Source: a virus | Lineage: Duplodnaviria > Caudoviricetes | Length of the DNA: 57,385 bases | Direction: 5' to 3' (one strand) | IMG/VR virus record: IMGVR_UViG_3300021182_000018 | Coordinates: 1 to 57,385 of that record | In this document: positions 27,339-36,862 of the stretch, one piece after another | Position numbering within the stretch: position 1 is the first letter of the stretch | Layout: each line of letters opens with the position of its first letter | Notes under the pieces: generated by a model | Seen by the model: only the letters and a program-made list of their open reading frames with translations | What the model was told of the DNA's origin: nothing | The model's database searches: none | Program-made: the position numbers and the translations under genes

Positions 27339-28253
27339 TCATCTTCTTATTTCAGGAAAGTTTTTGAAAAGATATCGTTCAACTTTCTCTATACTTTCTT
27401 GAATGTCATCGTATTCTTTTAATTTAAAGGCCCCACTAGCATGATGTCCACCACTTCCCGGAAAAATGCTTTGTAAAACATTTCCAATATGTATTTTTTC
27501 ATTTCTATTTCTAACGGAACAACTATTAGTCCTAGGATTTATGCAGAAAACCATATCTAAATTCTTATCTATCATTAGTCTGTGGCAGATATCGTTTATA
27601 AAATTTCCTCCAATATAAAACCCAGACTTAATAGATTCTAATTCATAAAATGTAACACTCTTATAAGTTTTTTCTAAAAGTTTTCTTTGTTCTAATATAT
27701 ATTTTATTTCTATATCATTAAACTTTACGTCACCATTTCCGAAACGTTTTCTAAAATCATTCGAAAAGTAATAATAATACAAGCAATTAAATGACCAAGA
27801 CTTTTCGAAAAACTTTAATTCCCACATATCAAAATCATTTATATATTTGCAAAGTTCATCGAGATATGATAAGTCTAGATTAAAAAGATTTTCGAAAAAG
27901 TTTTTGCAAAGTAAGCAAGCAGATTTTCCGGCAATTACGATTTGATTCTTTTCAGGATTATTGAAACGAACCGCAGTGTCATGATGATCGAGAAGAAATA
28001 GTTTATCAGAAAGATTAAAAACTTCCTCTGTCTCTGGAGAAATGTCTGTCATCAATACTACATCATATTCCGAAAAGTCTAAGTTCTTTAAGAAAATATC
28101 TACTTGTCCGTATTTCAAATCTATGAAGGAAACGTTTTTAAAAACATTCTTTACAACTATGCTAGAACCAACTCCATCTAAATCGAAATGGCAGATATTA
28201 AGTATTTTCGCATCTCTTCTCAAAATTTGCTGATATTGTTTTGTTAAATTCAT
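27339..28253 (-). CDS. DHH/DHHA1 phosphoesterase
   Basis: HFDLDG, MTDIS, LLDHH, DFDMW, SVRN, GGHHASG. Confidence 0.88.
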   Translation of the reverse strand: MNLTKQYQQILRRDAKILNICHFDLDGVGSSIVVKNVFKNVSFIDLKYGQVDIFLKNLDFSEYDVVLMTDISPETEEVFNLSDKLFLLDHHDTAVRFNNPEKNQIVIAGKSACLLCKNFFENLFNLDLSYLDELCKYINDFDMWELKFFEKSWSFNCLYYYYFSNDFRKRFGNGDVKFNDIEIKYILEQRKLLEKTYKSVTFYELESIKSGFYIGGNFINDICHRLMIDKNLDMVFCINPRTNSCSVRNRNEKIHIGNVLQSIFPGSGGHHASGAFKLKEYDDIQESIEKVERYLFKNFPEIRR

Positions 28254-28274
28254 TTAGTTCTCTTTTCTTAAATC

Positions 28275-28303
28275 ATTGTAGCATCTTTAATCTATGGAGT
28301 CAA
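28275..28303 (-). promoter_or_regulatory. sigma70-type promoter driving DHH-array2-gp43-mimics-uvsX
   Basis: TTGACT-ccatagattaaagatgc(17)-TACAAT. Confidence 0.72.
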
Positions 28304-28605
28304 GGAAAAATTTCGGACCATTTCTTCCTGGGGCATTTCACATTTTTCATACCGCATTTGTTTCTTAATTCTGCATCTGGCCAAAATTTAGTTTCAGGGC
28401 AAAAGCAAGCTCGACAATAGTTTCGAGTATCTTTCTGAATATTCCAAGAACAATCTTTACAAACGATTAAACGATTTATAAAAACATCTAAAGAAACTCT
28501 TGGTCCAAACTTTGCGGAAAGATATGACCAAACATATTGAAAAGGTTTCTTAAAATTTATCTTATGCACTATAAATAACCCTTGCGAAGATTTGGATAGC
28601 GTCAT
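28300..28605 (-). CDS. Small Cys-rich (Zn-binding) protein
   Basis: CKDC...CRACFC...C....CPRKKW; true start may be downstream. Confidence 0.55.
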   Translation of the reverse strand: MTLSKSSQGLFIVHKINFKKPFQYVWSYLSAKFGPRVSLDVFINRLIVCKDCSWNIQKDTRNYCRACFCPETKFWPDAELRNKCGMKNVKCPRKKWSEIFP

Positions 28606-28960
28606 TATCTTCGTCAGGATTCATTATTCCAACGCCTTCGAAAATCTTTCTTACGTCAATTTGCATACGTTTTTTCGAAAGATGTTCTGGAAGTTCTAAT
28701 ATATCTACACCAATAAAATATCCTTTATCAAAATCTTCTTCTGGATAAAACACACAATTTTCTGTAGATAACATAATAACATTTTTCATATAAGGAACTT
28801 CTTTATAATCAAATGCTTGAAAAAGTGCTGACAAGAAATCCAAAAGATTCATCTTGTCGTCATGTTCTTCCATAGCGGCTTTTTTTATTTCTAGAAGCAA
28901 ATCTTCCGGAAAATACGTTCCACACATAACAACTGGATAATAAGTTTTCTTTTTAGTCAT
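28562..28960 (-). CDS. Hypothetical protein
   Basis: 132 aa, AAGGAG RBS. Confidence 0.65.
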   Translation of the reverse strand: MTKKKTYYPVVMCGTYFPEDLLLEIKKAAMEEHDDKMNLLDFLSALFQAFDYKEVPYMKNVIMLSTENCVFYPEEDFDKGYFIGVDILELPEHLSKKRMQIDVRKIFEGVGIMNPDEDNDAIQIFARVIYSA

Positions 28961-28974
28961 TTCGGAAAATCTCC

Positions 28975-30177
28975 TTAAAAATAATTATCAACTAGTTTTT
29001 GAACATATTGTGGAGATTCGAGATATCCTCCAGTTCTATCTAAAAATTCATATTGCTTTCTTACAACGTCATTATATTTCTCAGGATTTTCCGAAAGACT
29101 GAACACAATTTTCTCAATATCTTCTACAGAGCAAACGTCCTTAACGGTAAGTTCACAAGTATCATAAGGACTTGGCTTACCATTTGTGAAAACGCTTCCT
29201 ATAAAAGGAATTCCTTCACAAGCAAGTTCCTGATACTTAATGTTTGATTTAGAGTAGTTGAAATTGTTTCTTACAAGTGGTCCAATTCCAAAATCAGCAT
29301 TTACAGACTTTACTCCAAGATGGTATTGATAAGAATTTAACCAACCCAACACTTGAACCTTTGTCTTAATACCTTCGAAAAACCACGGCAAATCTCCCAT
29401 ACAAACGAAATCAATTTTATCATTTAAGACATTTTGAATAACGAAATCTTTGAAAGAGTTTTCGAAATCTCCTAACATTCTTTCCTGATTAGAATAATGA
29501 GTAGGAGAACCAGTATAGATTACTTTAGGTTTCTTGATAGGATTTTTCTTAGGAGCTTTCCGTTTGTTTCCCCAAAAATACATAGGAATAGAATTAGGAA
29601 GAACTGAAATAGAACATGTAATTCCTAATTCATTTATCATATAATCTTTTAAGAATTGGCTTGTAACAGTAACGTGGTCCATTAGTTTAATAATTTCTAC
29701 AGAGTATTTCTTAACTGGTTCTGTAATTCCATGCCAACCAAAGTTATAACTAGGAACGCCGTCTTCCTTATCTCCACCCTGTTTTTCGTTATGTCCCCAA
29801 ATAAAATCATCTATATCATAAACCATTTTATAACCATACTTAGCTTGGTTCTGTTTATACCACTGGACATGTTGATGATGTTCTGGAGCCATGTTTCTCT
29901 GAAATAGGATTGCCTTTGCCTTGACTAAAATGTCTTCTTGTTTAATAAAAATTGGAGAAATGATAGGAATACAAACTTGTTCTTTTCCGAAAAGTGCGTT
30001 CAAATAAGTCATCGGGAACACGTTTCTAATATGTCCACAACCAGTAGCATCAGAAACGAAACTCAATAATACATTCTTTTTAATTTGAACTACATTAGAC
30101 AAACTTTCTGGTCTAATTACTTCTACATTTTTCGTAGCAAGTTCTTCAATAGATTCCTTAAACTTTTCAAAGTCCAT
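28975..30177 (-). CDS. GT-B glycosyltransferase in the replication region
   Basis: DATGCGHIR..P, FQR, YDIDD, TVTSQFL, PNSIP, G.PTH, PL..NNFN.SKSNIKY.E. Confidence 0.8.
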   Translation of the reverse strand: MDFEKFKESIEELATKNVEVIRPESLSNVVQIKKNVLLSFVSDATGCGHIRNVFPMTYLNALFGKEQVCIPIISPIFIKQEDILVKAKAILFQRNMAPEHHQHVQWYKQNQAKYGYKMVYDIDDFIWGHNEKQGGDKEDGVPSYNFGWHGITEPVKKYSVEIIKLMDHVTVTSQFLKDYMINELGITCSISVLPNSIPMYFWGNKRKAPKKNPIKKPKVIYTGSPTHYSNQERMLGDFENSFKDFVIQNVLNDKIDFVCMGDLPWFFEGIKTKVQVLGWLNSYQYHLGVKSVNADFGIGPLVRNNFNYSKSNIKYQELACEGIPFIGSVFTNGKPSPYDTCELTVKDVCSVEDIEKIVFSLSENPEKYNDVVRKQYEFLDRTGGYLESPQYVQKLVDNYF

Positions 30178-30190
30178 TCATTTATTCCTC

Positions 30191-30409
30191 TTAAATTTTT
30201 TCAAGACTGTTTCTATCTTCTCTGTCAAGTATTCGTTCAATTTTTCGAAAATCTTTGTTCATATCTAGATTCTTTTCTTTAGCAACTTTCTTAAATCTCT
30301 CTAACCAAGCGTTAGCCTTAGCTTCTGCAACATCTTTATTTACGAAATCTTCTTCAGTTTTTACTTTTGCGTGAATCATATCAAGGTTCCTTACATTGAG
30401 TTTTTGCAT
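30191..30409 (-). CDS. Hypothetical protein
   Basis: 72 aa charged helical ORF. Confidence 0.55.
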   Translation of the reverse strand: MQKLNVRNLDMIHAKVKTEEDFVNKDVAEAKANAWLERFKKVAKEKNLDMNKDFRKIERILDREDRNSLEKI

Positions 30410-31428
30410 TCATTATAAAATTCAAAAACCATTTCTAAAATTTCTTCTTTGTTTTCTATCGTTTGAGCATTTACATATTCATTTATCAGTTCTGGTATAG
30501 AGGCTCCCTGCATTTCATCTGGAGCGTTCAAGTCTATTTTATTAACTGTTTTCTTGTTTATAGGAAACGCTGGTTCAAATTTCTCAAGCCTTTCGAAATA
30601 TTTATCTACAAGCTTTTCGTCAGTCTTCTCGTCAATGTTTATGAAAATATCGACATGATTTCCTTTGATATGATGTTCTTCCAAAGGTTGAGGATAAAAA
30701 TATTTCACAAACTTTATAGACTGTGTATTTTCTACAAACTCCAAACTAAGATCGTCAGTGTTAAGTATAGAATATCCTCTAGGGTCATCTATATCATTCC
30801 TAGTCATGTGGAACGGATTACCTATGTAAACGATCCTAGAGCTTCCCAAAACCTTTTCTGAACGTGTATGAAAGTGTCCGGAGATCGTGAGCTTAAACTT
30901 TTCGAAAAATGGGGCGGAAGGGAGACCGTGTTCGCATTCTTGCCCTTTGTGCATTAAGAAAGATGAGAAGTTGAAATGCCCTACGCAGATGTCATGTTTT
31001 TTAATTTGAGAAAGTTCTTCTAAAAACTTTTCGGAATTTGTAACCCAAGGAACAAAATAGAATGACTTGTTTGCTAGTTTAATTGAATTAGATTTTTCGA
31101 AAACAGTTACATTAGAAAAGTGTTCTAAAACTTTCAGAGAATTTATATGAATAGAACTTTCCAAATAAGAATCATGATTTCCTACTATGATATAAATTTT
31201 AAAGTCTTTGAAATCGTTTTCGAAAAGTTCTAACACACTATCTAAAATTCTGGAGTCGAGTGCTAGGCGATTATCGAAAAAATCTCCTGGAATTATTATG
31301 GTGTCTATCTTACGCTCTTTCAAATCAGGTATGAACTGGTTTTTGAAAAACTTTAAGTGAGATTTTAGAAAAACTTCCGAACCTCTACGGCAACCCATGT
31401 GGATGTCAGTTACAAAAGCTATTTTCAT
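30391..31428 (-). CDS. gp47: Mre11/SbcD-like recombination nuclease
   Basis: TDIHMG, GDFFD.R, GNHD, GHF, SGHFH, YIGNP. Confidence 0.95.
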   Translation of the reverse strand: MKIAFVTDIHMGCRRGSEVFLKSHLKFFKNQFIPDLKERKIDTIIIPGDFFDNRLALDSRILDSVLELFENDFKDFKIYIIVGNHDSYLESSIHINSLKVLEHFSNVTVFEKSNSIKLANKSFYFVPWVTNSEKFLEELSQIKKHDICVGHFNFSSFLMHKGQECEHGLPSAPFFEKFKLTISGHFHTRSEKVLGSSRIVYIGNPFHMTRNDIDDPRGYSILNTDDLSLEFVENTQSIKFVKYFYPQPLEEHHIKGNHVDIFINIDEKTDEKLVDKYFERLEKFEPAFPINKKTVNKIDLNAPDEMQGASIPELINEYVNAQTIENKEEILEMVFEFYNECKNSM

Positions 31429-31847
31429 TCCCCTGCTCCATCATCTCCAGCTTCCATGTTCTCTATATGTGACAATGGAAGAATCAATCCAGAACGTTTT
31501 TTCAAATTTTTAATATTCAAGATAAAAGCATTCCAAGAAATTTGCGTAAAGTATGCATGAGGCTTATCAAACTTTACGTCGTAATTATCACCAGCTTTAA
31601 GACAATTATAAACTGCATCAGAAATCATCTCGGACTTTGTAGCAATATCATAATTACAAAAGTTAGGTCTACGCAAAAGTCCTTCGGAAATCTTGAAATA
31701 TAGAACTCCCAACTTTTCTTTAATCTTGAATAACTCTCTATCTTCTTGAAATGTTCTTGTTTCGAGAGACTTTAAGAAATTTCTTCTCTTAAAAAATTCT
31801 AAAACTTCTTCATTATTAAAATACCCTTCTTTCTTTTTCTTAGCCAT
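31425..31847 (-). CDS. gp55: T4-type late sigma factor
   Basis: YFNN, KISEGLLRRPNFCNY, EMISDA...CL, PHAYFTQI.WNAF. Confidence 0.93.
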   Translation of the reverse strand: MAKKKKEGYFNNEEVLEFFKRRNFLKSLETRTFQEDRELFKIKEKLGVLYFKISEGLLRRPNFCNYDIATKSEMISDAVYNCLKAGDNYDVKFDKPHAYFTQISWNAFILNIKNLKKRSGLILPLSHIENMEAGDDGAGE

Positions 31848-33600
31848 TCGTTTTTACCTCAACTTTGGAAAACCCATTCACTTTCTTTATCTCTATAATC
31901 CTATCATATAAATCTTGCATAGACTCACGATGAGAAACTACATAAGAACAAATGTTAGAATCTTTCAAAGTAATTTCTTTAATAGACCCTAACAACTTTT
32001 CTAAACCATCCGCATCCGTAGCGGAATCAAGAATTTCGTCGAATACTAAAAGATTACAATTCCAATTAGAAATAGTCTTCATGGTGCTTATAAAGGAAAG
32101 AAGAATAGCAATATCTATACGTTTCTTCTCACCTTCAGAAAAACTCATGTAAGAAACTCCCTTCTCAGATGAACCCACAATATCTATAGACTCTTCCATG
32201 TTTTCATTAAAATTTATCACAACTGGAAGATCAAATATATTTAGTTGTTCGTTTATCTTAGCGTTGAGAACAGGAACCAACCTTTTGAAAAAATAACTTT
32301 TAATACCTTCTTCGGAAAGCATCTTAACAACCATCTCAAGCTTCTTCATTTCTTTGGAAAGGTTTTCGAAATTTTCCGCATATTCTTTGTAAGTCTTTTT
32401 CTTTTCTTCAAACTCTTTCTTAATGTTTGTAGAGTCTAAATTAAAAACTCTTTCTTCTACATTTTTAATTTGTTCTTCTAAATCTTTCTTATTCTTTTCT
32501 AAATTCTTAATCTTCAAATTCGTCATAGAAACATTTGAATTAGTTTCTTCGGAAAGTTTTTTAATTTCCTTTTGCTTAGTAATTTTCAAAAGAATTTCCG
32601 AAAGTTTTTTCTTCAACCCGTCAATCTTTGTTTGAAGTTTAGTATTGTTGTCATTTAATTTTTTCAACTCTTCTTTCTTATGTTCTTCTGTTAACTCATG
32701 TTTGCATAGAGGACATTCAGTATTCTTTTCTAAAAACTTTATCTGTGTTTTATTCTCTTTAATCTTAGCTTCGGAAACTTTTATATCAGTGTCTATTTTA
32801 ATTTGTTCAGATACATAATCATTATTATCTAATTCAATTTTGATAGATAACATTTCCTTAAGTTTTTTGGAAAGTTCTTTAATATCCTTTTCTATAATTT
32901 CTTTCCTAGTCTTTAATGATTTAATTTCTTCGTCTTTCTTAGAATCAAAATCTTTAATCGAATCATCTATTTCTTTAATCTGAGAATTCAATGTTTTCAA
33001 AAGACTTTCCAAATTCTTTACATTATTTTGATAGATAGTCTTGTCAGTTTTTGTAGTGTTAAGTTTCTTCCGAGCTTTTGAAAGCATCTCTCCGAAAATG
33101 TTTATAGAAAAAATAGACTCCATTACTTTACGTTTTTCAGGAAGTCCTAAAGAAAGAAATGGAGGATTTGTAGAAGTAGCTATTGCGATTACAAGTTTGA
33201 AAATATCGTAATTGATTCCTATTAAAGTTGTGATTTCGTCTTGGTCTAACTTTTTCGAAGAGGCTGATTCTAAAGGAACTGTTTCTTCGTTTTTGTAAAT
33301 TTCTAATTTTTGTGGAGCATATGTTCTAATAATTCTGTAAGTATCTTTTCCGTCAATTGTGTAAGAACCTTCTGTATACAATCCTTTACCATTTTTACGG
33401 TTTACTAGTTCTGCTATCTTAATATTTCTATAAGGCTTTCCGTAAAGATTGTAAGAAACTGCATCTAAAAACAGAGTAGACTTTCCACCTCCATTTTTAG
33501 CAGTCACCAAAGAAAGCCCTGGTTCAAATTCTAACTTAGTTTCAGAATTTCCATAACTAAGGAAGTTCTTTACAATTTGATAATTTACGCGAACATACAT
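31840..33600 (-). CDS. gp46: Rad50/SbcC-like ATPase
   Basis: KNFLSYGN, KNGGGKST, Zn-hook CPLC, FSEGEKKRID, LVFDEILD, SH. Confidence 0.95.
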   Translation of the reverse strand: MYVRVNYQIVKNFLSYGNSETKLEFEPGLSLVTAKNGGGKSTLFLDAVSYNLYGKPYRNIKIAELVNRKNGKGLYTEGSYTIDGKDTYRIIRTYAPQKLEIYKNEETVPLESASSKKLDQDEITTLIGINYDIFKLVIAIATSTNPPFLSLGLPEKRKVMESIFSINIFGEMLSKARKKLNTTKTDKTIYQNNVKNLESLLKTLNSQIKEIDDSIKDFDSKKDEEIKSLKTRKEIIEKDIKELSKKLKEMLSIKIELDNNDYVSEQIKIDTDIKVSEAKIKENKTQIKFLEKNTECPLCKHELTEEHKKEELKKLNDNNTKLQTKIDGLKKKLSEILLKITKQKEIKKLSEETNSNVSMTNLKIKNLEKNKKDLEEQIKNVEERVFNLDSTNIKKEFEEKKKTYKEYAENFENLSKEMKKLEMVVKMLSEEGIKSYFFKRLVPVLNAKINEQLNIFDLPVVINFNENMEESIDIVGSSEKGVSYMSFSEGEKKRIDIAILLSFISTMKTISNWNCNLLVFDEILDSATDADGLEKLLGSIKEITLKDSNICSYVVSHRESMQDLYDRIIEIKKVNGFSKVEVKTNG

Positions 33601-33626
33601 TTTGGAAATCTCTCTATTATATTCTT

Positions 33627-33655
33627 ATTGTATCATATTTAATCTCCATTGTCAA
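33627..33655 (-). promoter_or_regulatory. sigma70-type promoter for the gp46-55-47 operon
   Basis: TTGACA-atggagattaaatatga(17)-TACAAT. Confidence 0.8.
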
Positions 33656-33734
33656 GTAGCAGTTTAGAGAAATTTTAGAGAATATTACTAAGAAAGTTTT
33701 CGAAAACGAGACAGGACCGACATAAATAAATTCA

Positions 33735-34208
33735 ATGAACAACTTGAAGCTCTACAATAAACTGATAGAACATGCCAAGGAACAAAACCGAAAGAAAGGC
33801 TCAGACTATTTAGAAAACCATCACATCATTCCTAAGTGTTTGGGTGGGTCTAATAAAAAAGAAAATTTAGTTTTGTTAACTGCTAGAGAACATTTTCTTG
33901 CACATAAATTATTATCAAAAGCCTATCCTGAAAATAAAAGTTTGTTCATGGGCTATCATAAGATGTCTCTAAGTTCTTCCGAAAATCAACAAAGAATAAA
34001 ATTAAGTTCTAAAGAATACGAACAACTAAGAATTAAAAATGCATATTTCAACACTGGAAAATTAAATTGGAAAAGTCGCCCTGTAAAAATATATGATAGA
34101 GTTTTCGAAAGTGTTTGCTTGGCATGTATCGAAATGAGTATACCAGACACTACGATGAGAAGAAGGCTAAATAAAAAGATGAACGGATATATTTACCTTG
34201 ACACATGA
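33735..34208 (+). CDS. HNH homing endonuclease with C-terminal HTH
   Basis: ENHHIIPKCLGG.N...NLVLLTAREHFLAH; ATAAATA at 33722-33728. Confidence 0.88.
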   Translation: MNNLKLYNKLIEHAKEQNRKKGSDYLENHHIIPKCLGGSNKKENLVLLTAREHFLAHKLLSKAYPENKSLFMGYHKMSLSSSENQQRIKLSSKEYEQLRIKNAYFNTGKLNWKSRPVKIYDRVFESVCLACIEMSIPDTTMRRRLNKKMNGYIYLDT

Positions 34209-34226
34209 GATTAAATATGATATGAT
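34198..34226 (+). promoter_or_regulatory. sigma70-type promoter firing into the non-coding region
   Basis: TTGACA-catgagattaaatatga(17)-TATGAT. Confidence 0.7.
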
Positions 34227-34229
34227 GGA

Positions 34230-35080
34230 AAAGTTGAAGAAAACTATCGGAAAATGTTTCTGAAAAGTTTTCTAAAACACAAATCTGAAAATGGTTTGGG
34301 TAGAAGTTTCTCAATAAGGTGTTGGCTCTGAAAAAAAGACCAAAAGAAAGCCTCTAGCAAATAATAAGTCTTCTGGAGAAATGGAAGAATAAAATTGTTA
34401 AAGAAATGAGAGAAACTTCGAAGAAATGTTACGGTTTACGTTTCTTGCAAATTTGAAATTCTTATAATTTATTTTCTAGGATTTCAAATAAAAAGAGTAA
34501 AACATTTCTTGGGTCTAGATATTCCTTAAATTGTCTTCTAAAAATTTTTATATTTTTTGGGAGGGATTTAGGGTGGGTCTGTCAGAAATTTTTCGAAAGT
34601 TGAACTGAAACGGAACCATGAATTAGAAAGGACTTGAGCGAAGCGATTCAATCGAGGAACGAGATTGACTGAAAGACCATGAACAGAATTGTAATTAAAC
34701 TTTCTAGAAAATGATTATAAATTGAACTGCATTGAACCATATTGAAGTGAAGTTTTTAGAAAATATAAATCACAATCTATTGAAGTTAAAGATTTCTATA
34801 AATTCGAACCTATAGGACCATTGTAATTAAATCTATCTTCAATAAGAAAATTATAATTCAATCGAACCATTTTTAATTCATACGGTTCAAACTTTCTAAA
34901 CAATGAATAATTATGCTCATTTTGAAATTATCATTTTTAGAAAAAACTTAATCACAATATTAAAGTTCGTCCTTCGGACTCAGAAATGGCTCCCTACGGT
35001 CTCCATTTCAATTACTTTTATTGAATTAGAATTAACAGCAATTTAATCTTAAAAATCACGGTTCATCATTAACTTCAAAG
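34230..35080. other. Long non-coding region, candidate replication origin
   Basis: No ORF of 60 aa or more; near the strand switch; repeated GAAC(C) motifs in both orientations, hairpins, upstream promoter. Confidence 0.45.
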
Positions 35081-35108
35081 CTAAATAACTATAGAGGAAA
35101 TTTAATTC

Positions 35109-35522
35109 ATGACTAAACTTGAACTTCAAAAATTGAAACCATTGATAGAAAAGGAACTGACTTTCAATGAAGATTCTATTCAATCTAAACTTCAAGAGTT
35201 AGTCATTAAGAGATGTTTCTATCTAGATATATTCACTAAGGAAACAACTAAACTGAAAGACCTACGGCTCGATAAAGAAGTCCTCTATGGAGAACTTTAT
35301 GAAAAAATTAAATTTTACTCAGATATCAGAAGAGAGAAGCGGGATGAGATTGAGTCTCAAATGTATAAAGACCCAAGATTCTTCAATATTTGTAAAGAAA
35401 TAAATTTTCAAGAAGAGGTTGTAATATATCTCGAAAACACTCTACAAAATTTTAGAGACTTAGGATTTCAAATTAAAAATTCAATTGCTCATATGCGTTT
35501 CAAAGCTGGTTTAGATTTCTGA
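35109..35522 (+). CDS. uvsY: Recombination mediator UvsY
   Basis: L.F.E..IQ..L..L, D.......EI..QE..V.YLE..L...RD.GFQIKN.I...RF.AG C-terminal pattern. Confidence 0.85.
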   Translation: MTKLELQKLKPLIEKELTFNEDSIQSKLQELVIKRCFYLDIFTKETTKLKDLRLDKEVLYGELYEKIKFYSDIRREKRDEIESQMYKDPRFFNICKEINFQEEVVIYLENTLQNFRDLGFQIKNSIAHMRFKAGLDF

Positions 35523-35533
35523 TAAATAATTTC

Positions 35534-35839
35534 ATGCGATTTAAAAAATTTATTCAAGAAAATTCCGAACAAACTCCTAAACCAGACATGTCAGTTTCCG
35601 ATGATATTTTAGAAATAGCTCGGGAATTATACTCTCAAAATCAATATCAAACTGCCGAAGACCTTTATATGGTAGCTTCCGAAATTTATGCGAAAAGAGT
35701 TTTAGAAGAAGTTAAGAAAAAAATTCAAGATGGTCTTGTATATACTACAGATTTGATTAAACAAAAATATCCGCAAAAAGATTTGAATAGTTTTATAAAT
35801 AAAGATAAAGAGGAATCAGAAAATGACTCAGAAAAATAG
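35534..35839 (+). CDS. Probable internal head protein
   Basis: N-terminus MRFKKFIQE resembles the T4 capsid-targeting sequence; ATAAATA 5 nt before ATG. Confidence 0.55.
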   Translation: MRFKKFIQENSEQTPKPDMSVSDDILEIARELYSQNQYQTAEDLYMVASEIYAKRVLEEVKKKIQDGLVYTTDLIKQKYPQKDLNSFINKDKEESENDSEK

Positions 35840-36347
35840 TATTGGAAGTTTGGTAGAATCTTTGCTTTCAAAAAACACACTCACAGAAACTGAACGATTC
35901 GGTATTGTAGATGTGGCACCGACTTTCATTCAAAATGAACCTAAAGGACTTCAAGACCCAGATGAAGTTGAAAAAGAAAATGATAAGACTGAAGTTTGGG
36001 TAGTTATGAAAGATGGTGAAGTAAAGTGGGAAGGTCCTGCTGCCGATAAGGGTGACGCTCTAAAGAAAGCTGAAGCCGAACTTGGATATGATCTTGGTGG
36101 CAATCTTAAAATTGAAAAGAGAGAAGCAACTGCGCCAAAAGCTCTTAAAGAAGATTTCGTAAAGCTTTCTCCAAAGTCTGTCAGAAGTCTTTATAATGCA
36201 CACTTGGCAGAACGTATGGTAAATGAGGAAATTGTTGCCGATGATGACTTGGTTCAACATGGTCTCCTAACTGAAGAAGATAAAAAGCTTACTAAGAAAG
36301 GAAGAGCTTGGTTAGCTGGATACTTACCAACGATTTATAATTCATAA
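35823..36347 (+). CDS. Late hypothetical protein (possible head-associated)
   Basis: TATAAATA at 35794-35801; several L/V-x-E motifs. Confidence 0.6.
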   Translation: MTQKNSIGSLVESLLSKNTLTETERFGIVDVAPTFIQNEPKGLQDPDEVEKENDKTEVWVVMKDGEVKWEGPAADKGDALKKAEAELGYDLGGNLKIEKREATAPKALKEDFVKLSPKSVRSLYNAHLAERMVNEEIVADDDLVQHGLLTEEDKKLTKKGRAWLAGYLPTIYNS

Positions 36348-36367
36348 GTTTAATTTTATTATGTTTT

Positions 36368-36402
36368 AAAAAGGCTCTTCGAAAGTTGGGCCTTTTCTTT
36401 TT
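36368..36402 (+). terminator. Rho-independent terminator
   Basis: AAAAGGCTC...GGGCCTTTT followed by T run. Confidence 0.7.
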
Positions 36403-36439
36403 GATAAACTTTGATAAATATTTCTAAAAGAGGTTTACT

Positions 36440-36862
36440 ATGGATTTTTCAGAACTTGTAGAAAATGAAATAAACAAAAAGAGAATATTGAATGAAGCTA
36501 CTGAAACAGAACTTTCGAAAGAGATTATAGAACTTTATGTAGCATTAACCGACAATCTTTCAGACGCTTTTAGAGACACAGCATCAAAAGCTACTCTAGA
36601 TGGTAATGGAAAAGTCTCGGAAGATTTAAGAACAGCCGAAGTAACTATTCAAAAGATTAAGAAAATTTTGAAAACAGTTTCCGGAAGTAAGACTAAAGAA
36701 AAGCTTGGTTCCGATGTTAAGAAAATTTTCGGAGAAATTGCTAATAGTTTAGAGAAAGTCAGAGATAGATTTCAAAACGAATTGTTACCTAAGTTCGAAA
36801 TAGATACTACAGAACATGAGTTTAACCCTAGCGAAGAAATTCCAACCGAGGACGAAGAATAA
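36440..36862 (+). CDS. Late hypothetical protein (possible internal head protein)
   Basis: ATAAATA 36414-36420, GAGG RBS, ILNEA motif. Confidence 0.6.
   Translation: MDFSELVENEINKKRILNEATETELSKEIIELYVALTDNLSDAFRDTASKATLDGNGKVSEDLRTAEVTIQKIKKILKTVSGSKTKEKLGSDVKKIFGEIANSLEKVRDRFQNELLPKFEIDTTEHEFNPSEEIPTEDEE

Noticed and set aside
3810-32635. Plus-strand ORFs in the left arm (e.g. 3810, 6338, 16409, 19008, 30463, 32423)
   Set aside because: Antisense shadows of well-supported minus-strand genes; no RBS or recognisable motifs.
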